From Octopus sinensis (lineage: Eukaryota): DNA of 64,000 nucleotides. A model generated the notes under the pieces. It had not been told where the DNA came from. It searched no databases and saw nothing but the letters and a program-made list of their open reading frames with translations. Position 1 is the stretch's first letter; each line of letters opens with the position of its first letter. The position numbers were made by a program, and so were the translations under genes. Shown here one piece after another: positions 48,451 to 61,699 of this stretch. The stretch is from positions 88,722,001 to 88,786,000 of the forward strand of contig NC_042999.1 in assembly GCF_006345805.1 (NCBI RefSeq), in the 5' to 3' direction.

Positions 48451-51400
48451 TATACATACATATATATACACATATATACATACACTCACACACACACACA
48501 CACACACGTATGTGTGGTGTGTGGTGTGTGTTGAGTCTTCATTCCATTATCATGCTACACTCTTTTGTTGCTTCTTTCATCACTACTTAAACAGACACTA
48601 TTCTTGAAAGCTGGCGAGCTATACTCTTTAATTTTTTTGAATACACTTATTGTAGCCACTTCTCTGTGTCTTGAATGTGTGCAAATAGATATAAGTAGAA
48701 ATAAAACTAGGTGTTTATTTTTGTTGCCAATGGAACCTTTAACCCCGAAATATTGATAGACCTATGAATTGAATTATGTACTTTTAGCATATTTTCTCAT
48801 TTTTCCTTTATTCTATTCTACATTTCTTTCCATATAACATTAATACTTAGCAAGAATGATAAGCAAATGTTTCTAGGCAAAAGAACAGAAACTGAACAGA
48901 AATAGCTTTTTAAATATTATAAAATTCTTCAAAATGGTATAAAATTTATTGAATATTAATTTAGATTTTGTATATTTTTATATTTTAATAATTTTATCCA
49001 AAGCAAAATCAAGAACAAATTACATTACAACACTCAACTGAAAATAAATCTCCTTTCATTACCCTAACCACAAATTAGCTGTGAATATGATCTTTCTATC
49101 TCTTAGAGGATTTTGCTATAAAAAAGAAATAATTTTCACAAGTTGTTAGAAAGATTACTATAAATTTTATACAAATTCAAACATTATTAAACCTTTTGTG
49201 ATATGTGACAGCTGGCAATTAATCAAATCATATATTGTGCAGATTCCTTTTTCTTCCATCTAACATTCACTGCAATACAGGTTATAATACATCTAGTTAC
49301 ATGCATAATTATCCCTTTCTTTCCTTTTTTTTTAATTTTTAGGAGATTGACTTGTTACAACATTTACATGCTACTTTTTAATGTATAAATGAAATATTGT
49401 TATGCAGAAATTCCAATTCATTGAATAGTCAGCTTGTTTGTTTCTTTATTGTCCATTCCTCAAACACAACAGAAGTGATGAAAAGAACAAATGATGAGCT
49501 GGCTATTTGAATAATCATTTTATTGATTGAATATTGCAAACTTTACAGCAACACAAAAGGAAATAATTCTTTGGCTATATTTTACAAGGGAAAGATCTTG
49601 TCATTTAAATCAACAAATTGAGCTATTTACTGAAACTAGAATGAAACTTGATAATGAAAAAAAATTATTATTTTCATTATTATTGCTTTTTGTTGTTGTT
49701 GTTATTGTTGTTATTGCTGTTGTTGTTGTTGTTATTGTTGGTGTTATTATTATCACTATTATGATTACTTCTCTTTTTTTTTTTTCAACTTACAGACTCT
49801 TTTCAAACATTAAAAGTGGAAGATGTAATCAGATAAGAATTAAATTTCCTCCTATTTAAAGTTGAAATAATTGGCAATCAGGACAAAATTAATTTCTTCT
49901 GCCATGAAAAATTATCTTTTACCTCTTTTTACCTTTAATTTTCAACCTCACAAGATAATTTGTTTTTATCAAAAACAGTCTAGAGTGAGTTTAATGGCTA
50001 ACATGATGAACTTGTGGTTTATAGATCATTAAAGAAGTTTCTTACTCTACTTTCTTTATGCTTGCTAAGATATGTACCAGCATCACTTCATAATTTAGTG
50101 TTTAACATGGGCTAGTGAATCCAATTACATAAACAATCTTTGCTAAGGATTTTCTGACTAATTTTATATTTTGTCAGAATAGCGGCTTCATGACTAAATT
50201 TGTCTTGTCTAGCCAAACTTAATGTGGAAAATAATAATGTAAAATAAGAGAAGGGAATATAATCATTAATACTAGATGTCAATTTGTAGTCAAATACTTT
50301 ACAACTAATGAACATTTCCATTTCTAAGAACAATAGTATTGTTACTCTCTTTTATGATAGGGAAGTTGTTTAGTTAAATGAATACATCAAGAATGCTAGA
50401 GCCGCTAAGTAGCATATATTTAGTCTAATCTTATATCACCAGTTGTTTCAGACAGTTAATGCATCACATACAGAATTTATTCTTCAATTCTGGCAGAAAA
50501 AAAAAGCTGTTTTTGTCCAATGCAAGATAAATGCAGTTAAAAGAAGATATGGATTTAATAAACAGACATTATTGTCAGGAATGCTATTCAAGTGAATAGA
50601 AATAACCACTGTTTGAGGATGTGGCAATGGAAACAGTAATAATTCTAAACAACTGTCTCAGATTGTTTAACTTTAGCATTTGTATTTTTTATCATTTAGG
50701 AGTGAATGAAAATTGTTTGTGGTTGCTGGTCAAGTAGATGTTTAGTTTGTATCCTCTCAGTTGCACTGACTAGTACCCAGTTCACATCATCATAAATAGA
50801 TAGATATCATAGGGGTGTACAGCATATGACATTGTATAATTGAAAATGTTTTGCTAATATTTTATTTAATTGTTTATCTGAGCATTCAAGATCATTATGG
50901 CTCTCCTAGAATTAAGACATCAATATATGTGATGTTCACAATTGAACATTTGGTAAGTTGATCCATACAGAAAAAATATGAGATGTGAGAGAAACCCAGA
51001 GATGTAAAGTCAAGAAAGATTTAATAAAATAATTTTTTTAATAAAATACGTAAAGCATGATGCAATGCAGTTAAACAGAAATGGTTACAGTTTGCTAGTT
51101 CAGAGGAGCAGAATTTAAGTTCATCTGTGAATTAGTGTGTGATGTGTTAGTTTCTGAGGGGAGGGAATAGACTGTGTGCCTGTGCATCAATACTACTCAA
51201 ACATGCAAGATTTTAATATGAGTATCAGTATAGCAATGTAGAGGATCAGCAACAAATCAGAGTTGAAATGTTTCTGAGCCTGAATAGGAAGCCTAGACAT
51301 TGAGCCGTAGTTTTGGTCATACTACAATATGAGTGAGGTTGTCATGGTCAGTCAAATCGTCAAATCGTCCAACTCATGCTAGCATGGAAAGCGGACATCA

Positions 51401-51525
51401 AACAATGATGATAATGATGATATATATATATATATACACACACAACACACATACATATATATATTTATATTTTTGTATACATACATACATACCCATATAT
51501 AATTATATGTATATGTGTATATGTG

Positions 51526-51558
<33 letters not shown>

Positions 51559-52261
51559 ATGCACGTACATACATGTGTGTATGTGTGTGCTTGTGTCTGC
51601 ATGTGTTTCTTAACTTCAAAGAACCTTGCTATGAAACACAGATGATGTTGTATGCTTGCAATCAACAATGAAAGCATTTCTGAGCTATTCATTGTTCTAT
51701 AAACTAAGGGATTGCTGGGAAATGGGTGATGGTTAATGATAGAAAGGGCATCTGACTGTAGACAATCTCCTTGGATAAATTCTATGTGATCTATACAAAA
51801 ATGGAATAGTGGACATTACATTAAATATGAATGTCTGCGATGACGACAGTAGTGGCAGCAACAGCAGCAATGACAATGGCGGCAATGAAGTTGTGGAACA
51901 TAGTTTATTTCATTTTGTTTTTTTTTTTACTGTGTATTTAATTATATACATTACATCTTGTGAACTATTGACTTTTTTGTCTTCTGCTAATCTCATATTT
52001 TAATTTCCCATTAGAAGACAGTTGAGCTAAATAGTAATTTATTTTCATTAATCTATATTCTGAGTTGAAATCTTGCTTGTTCTTTAGTTTGTTATAGTTA
52101 TCATGGTTAAGGACATCATGCTGATGTAATAAATACCTGTAATATCCTGGGGTCATGCCTATCGTATCCTGACTGTACTGCATCCAACAAAATTTATCTC
52201 AGAAGTGAATAACATTTTGTAGAAAGAGCAGTAAAAGTGACTGGGATAACAAAGCATTAAA

Positions 52262-52660
52262 TCTGTATATATAAAGCTGAAGATGTCTGTATGTGTGTGG
52301 CAGGTTTGGTAGCCTTCAACTAACACTATCTCCTCAGAGACCCTGCAGTGCAAGTTGACCAAAATTGAGAGTATGATAAAAGAAGGCTTGCTCTTCATTC
52401 CGTAGGAGACAAAATTCAAATCGGACCATGTTAAGACCAAAAATTATTTACATCAAAAGGTACTTTTTTTCTATGAAAATCCCTATTTTTTACGATTTTT
52501 TGACTGCTGTGTCGCCATTTCTCGGTGTATTTCAACCAGAAAAATGTTCACTTAAAGAGAATAACAAGCTACATAATGCAAAATTTTTACTTTTCAAAAA
52601 TTCCAATTCTAAAGGGTCGAAAAGAAAACAAACCCGAGCAACGCCGGGCTATACTGCTAG
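52262..52660 (+). mobile_element. Non-autonomous Helitron, 399 bp
   Basis: 5' TC after A52261, subterminal hairpin CCCG-agcaacgc-CGGG (52633-52648), 3' CTAG followed by T52661: the canonical A/T insertion with no TSD. Confidence 0.9.
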
Positions 52661-53422
52661 TACATTATAATATCTTATTTGAAGTTTTTTTTTTTTTGCT
52701 TTTTTTTTCCAGTACCAGTTTCAAAACTGTGGAGATGTCTTCATCTTTTACCCTTTCATTTCAAGACAATATGCACTTGTAAAATAGTTAATATACTTTA
52801 CTTTGAAAAAAAACATTTGATTTGTATAATGGAATACATAATTAGTCTTCAGTGGAAACTGGATAATATCAAGTTGTTATAAGGCACATGAGGGTAGAGA
52901 GTATAACTCTTACATCTGTGACTGTGATCATGTATTTACATTAAAACCAGTGATAATTAGAATAAAACTATCTCATTTGGCTTTAATTTTCTCCATTCAC
53001 TTCAAGAAGAATCATGAGAGATTTGCGTTAGTATGATGATCACTAGTCTTTGTCAAACTCTACAGTCATGTACAGTGGCTTGGCATTGCAATTGTGCTTC
53101 CAGTTCATCTAATGTTAGTATTAGTTCTTTTTCAATTGCATGGCAATAATGGCAAGTTTTTTCACTATCACAAATGATCAATTGTGGTGTTTTCAGCATC
53201 CTTCCTTGGCACAAATATACTGGCATTTTTCTTAGGTCTTTCTTTTTACCATATACACCCCTATGTAATCTAACTGTATTAATCTCAATATATCAATAAT
53301 TTGGTAACTACAAAATATAGATGCAACGTATGTTGTATTAGTGTCTTTCAATCTCTTAATTAGAGATTGTATATCAGCACTTCAAAAGAAAACTGGCTGA
53401 AAAGATAAATTATTGGGTTCCT

Positions 53423-53580
53423 AACATGACTGTGTGGTTGGGAAACCTGCTTCCCAACCACATGGTTTTGGGTTCAGTACCACTGCATCGCACCTTAGGT
53501 AAGTGTCTTTTCTAAAATTCCAGGCAGACCAAAGCCATGCAAGTGGATTTGGTCAAATGGAAACTGAAAAGAAAGCCTAT
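53423..53580 (+). mobile_element. SINE A head (5' half of a split A2 copy)
   Basis: catgactgtgtggttgggaaacctgcttcccaaccacatgg...ggaaactgaaaagaaagcc, then a microsatellite. Confidence 0.8.
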
Positions 53581-53784
53581 TGTATGTACGTACATATGTA
53601 CTTACATGCATACATACATACATACATACACACAATCACACACACACACACACGTGTGCATGAATGCATGCATGCATGAACATACACAGATACATGCATA
53701 CATACATACATACATACATACATACATACACACATGTATACATACATACATACATACATACATACATACATAAATACATATAAC

Positions 53785-55540
53785 TTAGAATAACTTAGAA
53801 AGGTTTTTGGCCAGTATTGGCCCAGGCCATGTCTAACTTAATAGCACCACCTGGCGAAGTCTTTCAGTTCAGGATTTGGGCACCAAGGCCCATTCGAGCA
53901 GAGAGTTATTGTTTGCGGAGACATATCCAGGTGTGGGGGTTTTTTGTCCGTAACTGTTTGAAGGAATTGTCCAAAGACTTCTTGAATTTTGTGTGGTCAG
54001 TTTCTTTTTTGACGTGTCCTGGTGTATGTTGAAGAGAGCAGGTCCAAATGAGGTGAAATAGTTGTGCCGTATTGTCGTTATGTGATGCGATTTAGATTTT
54101 TGTTGTGGACGGATGGCACGTGGTCCAAGCCTTGGATGCATTTTGAAGGTGATGCCAACATCATTCGGACAGTGCTGATGGAAATATTTTCCACATCATA
54201 CAGATAATGTAGCGTTCACGGCGTCGTTGGAGTGAATACAATTTCAGCTTCTCTAGTCTACCCCAGTAGTCAAGGTCTGACATGCCATCTATCTTTTTTG
54301 TGATTGACCTTGGGGAGCTTCAATTCTCATAATATTTTGTTTTGTGTAGGGAGACCACAGTGGACAGCAGTATTCAAGTGGGGTCGGGCAAAAGTGGAGA
54401 AGAGAAGGATAATAGCGTGGGAATCTCTCGACTGGAAGGTTCTGAGAATCCAGGAACACATTCTGCGGCCCATGTCAACTTTGCTGCTTATATGTGTAGC
54501 CCAGCTTATGTTGTTGTCCACTGTTACTCCCAGGTCTCTGATGTTGTTGGATGCCATGAGAATTTCTCCAGAAGGAAGAGAGTATGGGAGTTTCAGAGCG
54601 TCCTCCCTTCCAAAGTGGATCAGTTCGAATTTGTCTTCATTTAGCAACATGTTATTCTTTTCCGCCCATTGGACAACAGCCAGTAGGTCTGACTGAAGGT
54701 TTATTCGGTCATCCACGCCATTGATGACCTTCTGGAGCTTGGAATCATCAGCGAAGGTTCTGATGTTGCTGTGTTTGATGGTGTCAGTAATATCATTTAT
54801 GTAGATGATGAAGAGAAGTGGGCCCAACACAGTGCCTTGTGGGACCCACTGCTGACTTTGGCTGGGCTGGATTTGACTCCCTCGACTACAACATGTTGGG
54901 TTTCTGTTAGAGGAAGCACTTGATCCATGCAGCAGCTTTCCAGTGACACCAATATTGGACAGCTTTCTCAGAAGGATCTTATGATCAACCCTGTCAAAGG
55001 CCTTGCTGAAATCAAGGTAGATGACATCAGTGTTGGAACCCTCTCCCAAGGCTCTCAAAATGTCATCAAAATGATGCAGTAGCTGCGTCAGGCAATCTCT
55101 CCCATTACGGAATCCATGCTGGTTGGGGTTCAGCATATTATGACTCTCAAGGAAGTGAGTCATACGCGATCTCAGCACCCTCTCAAATACCTTGATGATA
55201 TGAGAGGTGAGTGAGATTGGATGGTAATTCACGGCAAGCGATTGTTTCCTTTTTTGAAAACTGGGACAACAGACTGGGATAGAAGGTCTTCTGGTATATA
55301 TCCAGCATCCAGTGAGTTCCGCCACAGATTGGCTAGAGGGGGTGCAAGTTGGTTTTGACACATCTTCAAGACACAAGCAGGGAACCTATCGGGACCTACT
55401 GCTGAATTATGCTTCATTTCCTTTATTGCTGCTAAGACATCAGGAGCGCCAAATGTTATGTCCGATAAAGTGTATTGGGGAGTAACATCACTGATACAGC
55501 CCAGATCAGTCATATCAGGATTGCTGAAAACAGAGCAATA
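53785..55540 (-). mobile_element. 5'-truncated CR1-like LINE (reverse transcriptase region and 3' UTR)
   Basis: PISLTSHIIKVFE, NQHGFRNGRDCLTQL, YLDFSKAFDRVDH, VPQGTVLGPLLFIIYIND, FADD, RDLGV; ends in a short ttctaagtta repeat; a few frameshifts. Confidence 0.93.
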
Positions 55541-55578
55541 TATACATATATATATATATACATACATACATACATACA

Positions 55579-55610
<32 letters not shown>

Positions 55611-56438
55611 CAGGGTGTTCGAGTTAAACTTGAGAAAAATTAGCTAACATGGGGGACTGGAAACCATCTGAATATTGGAAAAAGGTTACCTGCATCATGA
55701 TTATTTGCACCAAGTATCAAAATACCAACATCATGACTGCTGTTTACTGTTCTGTGAACATTATAATGGTTATAAGATATAACATGGACAATCCTTATGA
55801 TGTCTCGTGTGTCATGAAAATCAAGTTCCCCAAACCACTATGGTCTTTAAGTGTGTCTCCAATTAAAGTGACATTATGTCACCCCACACCTTTGAACAGG
55901 GCCTTGGGCTCAGTTCAGACCGCTATGTGAGGCTGTTGGAGACTGTGGTCAAACTCTGGTTAAAGAGGGTTGCTGTTGGAGAGCCATATATGTGATAGCA
56001 GAATTCAGCTTCTTGATATATTTTCAGAAAGTGACAGAAATGCTTGTCAGAGAATTTCTACGAATTCACCAACCCCAATATTTGGCCTCCTAATTTCCCT
56101 GATTGTAATTCGATGGATTACTATGTGTGGGGCATGGTTGAGAAAGATACCAACATCTCTTCCTGCAACATCAAGGTCAAGCTGGCAGGTAGGATCAGGG
56201 AAGTGTTTGAAGATCTTCCCTAGGACACAGAGAGGCTCACATGTGCCAGGTTCTGGAGCCATCCTGAGGGTATGGTGTAACCTTCGGGCAGCTACTTTAA
56301 GTAAACTGTTATCTCCCAGTCATAATCTAGTTGATATTTTTTAATTTTTTTAAAAACTTCCACTTTTAGATGTGTTATGGGGCTAATGTGTTTTCCTTTA
56401 TTTTTATGCAAACTGTCAAATATAGCCCAAACACTCTG
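55611..56438 (+). mobile_element. Tc1/mariner DD37D (maT) transposon, internally deleted
   Basis: TA-cagggtgttcgagttaaacttg ... caaatatagcccaaacactctg-TA; MGDWKPSEYWK N-terminus; (D>N)-37 residues-D spacing ending WPPNFPDCNSMDYYVWG. Confidence 0.9.
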
Positions 56439-56487
56439 TATATGCATACATGTGTGTGTGTGTGTGTGTGTGTACATATATATATAT

Positions 56488-56718
56488 TTCTTTACTACCC
56501 ACAAGGGGCTCAACACAGAGGGGACAAACAAGGACAGACAAAACAGATTAAGTCGATTACATCGACCCCAGTATGTAACTGGTACTTAATTTATCGACCC
56601 CGAAAGGATGAAAGGCATAGTTTAACCTCGGCGGAATTTGAACTCAGGACGTAACGGCAGACAAAATATGGTACGCATTTCGCCCAGCGTGCTAATGCTT
56701 CTGCCAGCTCACTGCCAA
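56488..56718 (-). mobile_element. SINE B1
   Basis: Near-identical to 18681-18911. Confidence 0.92.
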
Positions 56719-56769
56719 GTGTATATGTATATATATTTATGTATGTATGTATTTGTGCATGTGTGTCTG

Positions 56770-56966
56770 TGTGTGACTGTGTTTCTTTGTCTTGATAATG
56801 TGTCATGCAATCAGTGTCATTAACTTCCAGTATTCTGCAAAATCCTAACTGACTACAGGACAATATCAGCATGTTTAGAAACAGGTGAAGGTTATCAGTA
56901 GGAAGCCTCAATGCACTCCATTCAACCCACGCAACCATGGAAAATTGGATGTTAAAATGATGATAG
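56770..56966 (+). mobile_element. SINE A2 3' tail (3' half of the split copy)
   Basis: ctttgtcttgataatg...gaaacaggtgaaggtt...catggaaaattggatgttaaaatgatgat. Confidence 0.7.
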
Positions 56967-57548
56967 TTTATTGTAGATATTCTATTATGTCTTGGGAGAG
57001 GAATTTTTTTTCTAAGGAGGCCAGTTTCTCTTGCACACAGATCACCACCATATAATCTGGTAATGATTCCTGCAATAGATCAGCATTTATCCAAGTGGAG
57101 ATTTATCACTCTTCTTTGATCTTTGGGTGCCTTTAATTTAGTTGTCTTTGAACATACCTGCTTCTTCTCATGTTTGTCTTCCATACACAGAAGATAATGA
57201 AAGAATCAAACCCAATCTTGAAACTATGATTATGCCCCAAAATGTAATATTCTTCAAGTTTCAACTACTAAATTTAAAGGAAACAGTATTTATGATGAGT
57301 AGTATATGTCTGTAGTATTCTAGCATACAGTGAGGACTTCTAATTTTGTGTCTCAAACGATGGTTATTTGTGTGTTCAGCTAGCTTATGAATGTGTAAAC
57401 AAACTTAATTCTGACAATAATGTAACAATTATTCTTAAATATACTTTACTTGCTCTTTCCTATGTTCTCTGCTGAAGCACTTGATACAACAGTGTTCTAT
57501 TCTAAGTGTTGACAGATTAAATATTTCATAAATTTAAAGACAAAGAGC

Positions 57549-57626
57549 CAATAGTTCAGTTTTTATGTATGACTTGAAGGGAAATACATATTACCCTTCA
57601 AGTCATATACAAGAACTGAACTATTG
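57549..57626 (+). ncRNA. Pre-miRNA-like hairpin (candidate)
   Basis: 33-nt arms and a 12-nt loop; 30 Watson-Crick pairs, 2 G-U pairs and 1 mismatch on the plus strand; strand and expression unknown. Confidence 0.35.
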
Positions 57627-57921
57627 ATTTCATATGTAGGCACAAGACCTTATACTTAAAGTGTTGGGAAAATAATCTCATATAACATTCACATCTTAAA
57701 TTACATGAAATAGTAACAACTGACAATTAGAAGAAGTTTATAAAGTTGGTTCGTTCGATATTGCAATATTTTGATAGTTAAGTACAAGAACACAGATTTA
57801 CTGAGAAAGAGACATGGGATTTTGTGATGTACATGCCTTTCCAAGGAATGTTAATGGTGCAAAGCATTTCAAATTGCTTCCCATATCTTACCATCACTTA
57901 TCATTATTAGAAATATATAAG

Positions 57922-58137
57922 GCAGTAAGCTGGTAGAATCATTAGCATGACAGGCAAAATGCTTAGTAGTATTGTGTTCGCCTTTACATTTTGGATTCAA
58001 ATTCTTTTGAGGTCAGCTTTGCCTTTCAGCCTTTCGGGGCAATAAATTAAGTACCAGTCAAGTACTGGTGTCGATGTCATTGACTATCCTCTTCCCCTCA
58101 AATTCCAGGCCTTGTACCTATAATAGAAAGAATTATT
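57922..58137 (+). mobile_element. SINE B2
   Basis: ggcagtaagctggtagaatcattagc...ggattcaaattc...aataaattaagtaccag...caggccttgtacctataatagaaag. Confidence 0.8.
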
Positions 58138-59766
58138 AGAAATATATCACAAACTATTACATAAAAATTTCCCCAAGTTTTCTCATATTATATTACATAT
58201 TAAAAGATACTGTGGAATGTCTTAGTGAACAACTATGCTTTCATTTATAGTTAGAACCTTTACATACACACTAATGCCATTACAGAAGACGTGGGGATAA
58301 TAACTTCCCACTTCCCTTAAGTAAATCTGACCATCCTTCACAATGCAACAATTATATTATTTTTTTTTTTTAAATTGTCTTTCACTCAATGAAATATTGG
58401 ACAGCAAACAGAAAAAAATATTAGTGTTAAAAAGTTGAAGGTGATGCTGGGTTAGACGGAGGTCAGTTAATCTAGTTTAGAGAGGGTAGGTTATTAGTTG
58501 GGAATAAGACAGATGACAAAACTTAAGGTGTTAGAAATAAAGAAAATTTTTCAAACTAACTCTGCAAGTTAACAATATCTTAAATGTAGAAGACAGTTAA
58601 AGTGGTTGGAAGAAACATTAAAATACAATATAAGAAATGATATAGACAACTAATAAAACTAACATTAAAAATAACATATAATCAAGAATATATATGTTTC
58701 TGAACTGACAATATCAGTTTTTAGTATAGTAATATATCATGTAGTGATTGTTGTTGTGGTGATGGTGAGCTGTATGAACATCTTCAAGATGCCTATGCAT
58801 AAAGTTGTATTTTGCCAAGATTTGTTTCATAGTGGAAAACATTTTTTGATTTTATAAACAAGAGATTTTGAAACATTTAGATCCTACCCCATTACCTAGG
58901 GTAGAGAAAAATCAGTGTTTTAGACATTTTTATTATTTGTTTTTTTAAAATTATTGCTTGCTTTATATTCAAGATGGCTCCTTCATGTGGGGGGAGCAGT
59001 AAAATGTACTAGCCAGATGTGTGGAAGGTAAATGAATACATTTGAACAAGCTGATATAGCAAATATTTATATTCTAACATATGGAAAAAAATAACATTTT
59101 TATAACATTAATAGCAATAGTGGCAATTTTGCTAGCAAAGCTAATCAGAAGAAATACTCAATATAGTTTGGTTCCTATATGGGAAAAGCAAAGCACATGG
59201 TTGAGATATGTTCAGAGTGACAGTGCTTCCTTGCTGCCCACAGAATATATTGAAGAACAAGAGGAGGGTAATATCATTCTGTTTTTCCATAAACTAAAAA
59301 GGTTTCTATTCAGCCACTAAGAAACATGTAAAACTCTTATAGAGAAAATATTGGTATTCTAAATATTTATATTAGTTTTCTTTAAACTATTACTTACTAG
59401 TTATTCAAGATGGCTTCTTCTTATGGGGAGACAGTTTTAAAACAATAACACAGAGCTTGTAAAAAATTATGTGTCTTTGTATATTTCAATGACTGAGATT
59501 GGACACATTGAAGTTTATGCTTGGCTTTTAAGATTAAAGTGTCCAGGAACCCATCACATGAGTGGGTGTTGCTTTGTATGAATTTGTAAATATATTCGAT
59601 TGGTTGAATAATTACAAAGATCTACTTGTCAATAAACAAGAAATTGGCCAAAAAGCGACTTACAAAGGAAGTTAAAACTGGAATGCCAGATGTTACATCA
59701 GATAACGCCATTGGCACAAAATTCCATGTTGTATGAGTGAGGACTTCCAGAATATTACCATTTATT

Positions 59767-60109
59767 ATGAGTTTCAAGGCAAAAGGTAGAATGTGTGTTG
59801 TAATGGGATGTATAATAGACCATTGGACAGTGTTTCTGTGCATGATTTTCCCAAGGGTCAGTGACTGCTGAGTGGTCTGGACCCTTGCAGTACACTAAGG
59901 TTTGATTGGAGCATTTTAACCCAGGCTGTTTTGAAGTGCAGTATTCACTTATGAAGGAGTTCAGAATAAATAGCAAGACATGCTTATGCCCAGGATCTGT
60001 ACCATCTATTTATCTCAAAAGGAAACTGGACGATCGCAATGAGGCATGCTTATCAACCCCTATCCCCACACCAGAATGCTCAACTGTTGTGAAAAGGGGA
60101 AGAAATAAG
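59767..60109 (+). pseudogene. THAP zinc-finger pseudo-exon, probably from a THAP-bearing DNA transposon
   Basis: MCVVMGC/NRPLDSVSVHDFPK ... EHFNPGCFE ... LCPGSVPSIY with a frameshift and a stop; ends at AAG|GTATGT donor. Confidence 0.7.
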
Positions 60110-61699
60110 GTATGTATTGTTTTTATTACTTGTGATTGTTGCATATAACTCCAGACCACAAATTTCTATATTACATTGAAAAATAAATGGTAAATTAAGT
60201 TTTGGGAGAATGGTCTGAAAAATCTCAAAAGGCCATGCTAAATAGACTATATCAGGGCATCACTTCACTTATAGATTAATATATATAGTTGTGTTTTATG
60301 TTTTAATAAGTAATTAAAATGCTTGCAAGCCAATGTAGTATAGGATAATCTAAAGGTAAATAACAACAGGCCAATGTATAACACACTACTGGTACATTTT
60401 ATTGCGTATGCATAACATTGAGTAAAAGCCATTTAAGAACCTTCTGTCCAAAGTTGAAAATGTTAAAAGCAGGTGAATTCATCAGGAATAACAGCTGGCT
60501 TCTGGGTGAAAGCCATGGCTGTTTCTGTTGCTTTTCTCACAACATCACTATCCTAGTTCTAATGATACTTGAAACAAGTGGAAGAAAAGAATGAAATACT
60601 TCATCCTTAGTGCCAGTAGGACCAGAGCTAATGAAATAAGAAACAAAGAAACAGAGGGGTCTCCTACTCTAGTACAGAACTGGCAAGGGGTTGCAAGCAG
60701 TAGTGTTACCACATTGTCTTATGGCAACAGGAAAGAGATGAAGACTAACAAAAGGTTGGAAACTGTTGGTGGGGGCATAAAAAAGAAGAAAGAAGCAGCA
60801 AAACGAAATAAAGAGCCAAACTAGGGGCAAACAGGTTGCTGCAGTCCCTTACTAATTGTATCTAATGACCTAAAGAGCTAGAACTCTATGGCCGTCTAAA
60901 GTGATAACAAAACTCTAATGTAATCTTCTGAATAACTTGTAGTGATGCTTGGAATTCGAAACCATATCTTAATAACAAGTAAAAGGCCACAATATATCAG
61001 ATAATTTTTGCCTTGTATTCTGACCAATCTAACTTGCATTTGTGTGATCACATGATTTGAAAGGAAATTTCCAAACAGTTTCTCATCAAAATATGGACAT
61101 ACATTGACATGAATAGGAAAGACAAATCAGAAAGGAGAGAAATTTAACAAAGTTCATTAGAGATATTCTCAGTTTATTGGCTGCCATGTTCAAAGAACAT
61201 CTCATCAACACATATACACACTCCTAGCATACAGCTTAACACTCTCAGCAAATAATGTCTGTGATGGCTTTATGTAAATAAATGTGATTTGCTGGAAACT
61301 TTTTATGGTGCTATGGTTTCTATATGTGAACAACACTCAGTCTAATCAAATATCCATTACCCACTTTAACCAAGCCGCAAACCTAAAGGAGAATGAAAAT
61401 CATACTGAGATAACTAGGTAAAAGTTAGGCGTCAAAACTCTGAATCCCCAATTGATGATAAAAATATCTAGTCTTGTTAGAAGTAAGGAAGCACTCCTCA
61501 GAAGAGTGGGACCATTGACAGCTTGGCTAATGCTATGCGTGCTCAAGAACAATTTTGGAAGTTGAAGTTTCTCTGAGTGAGCAGATGTGAGAAGTTGTCC
61601 TTATCCTTCCCACTTATGTGTAGGTCAGTTAACCTATTTTCTTGTGTGTACTAAAATCTTGTCTTAATTTATTGTCTTATATTTTGTCACCCACCCTCC

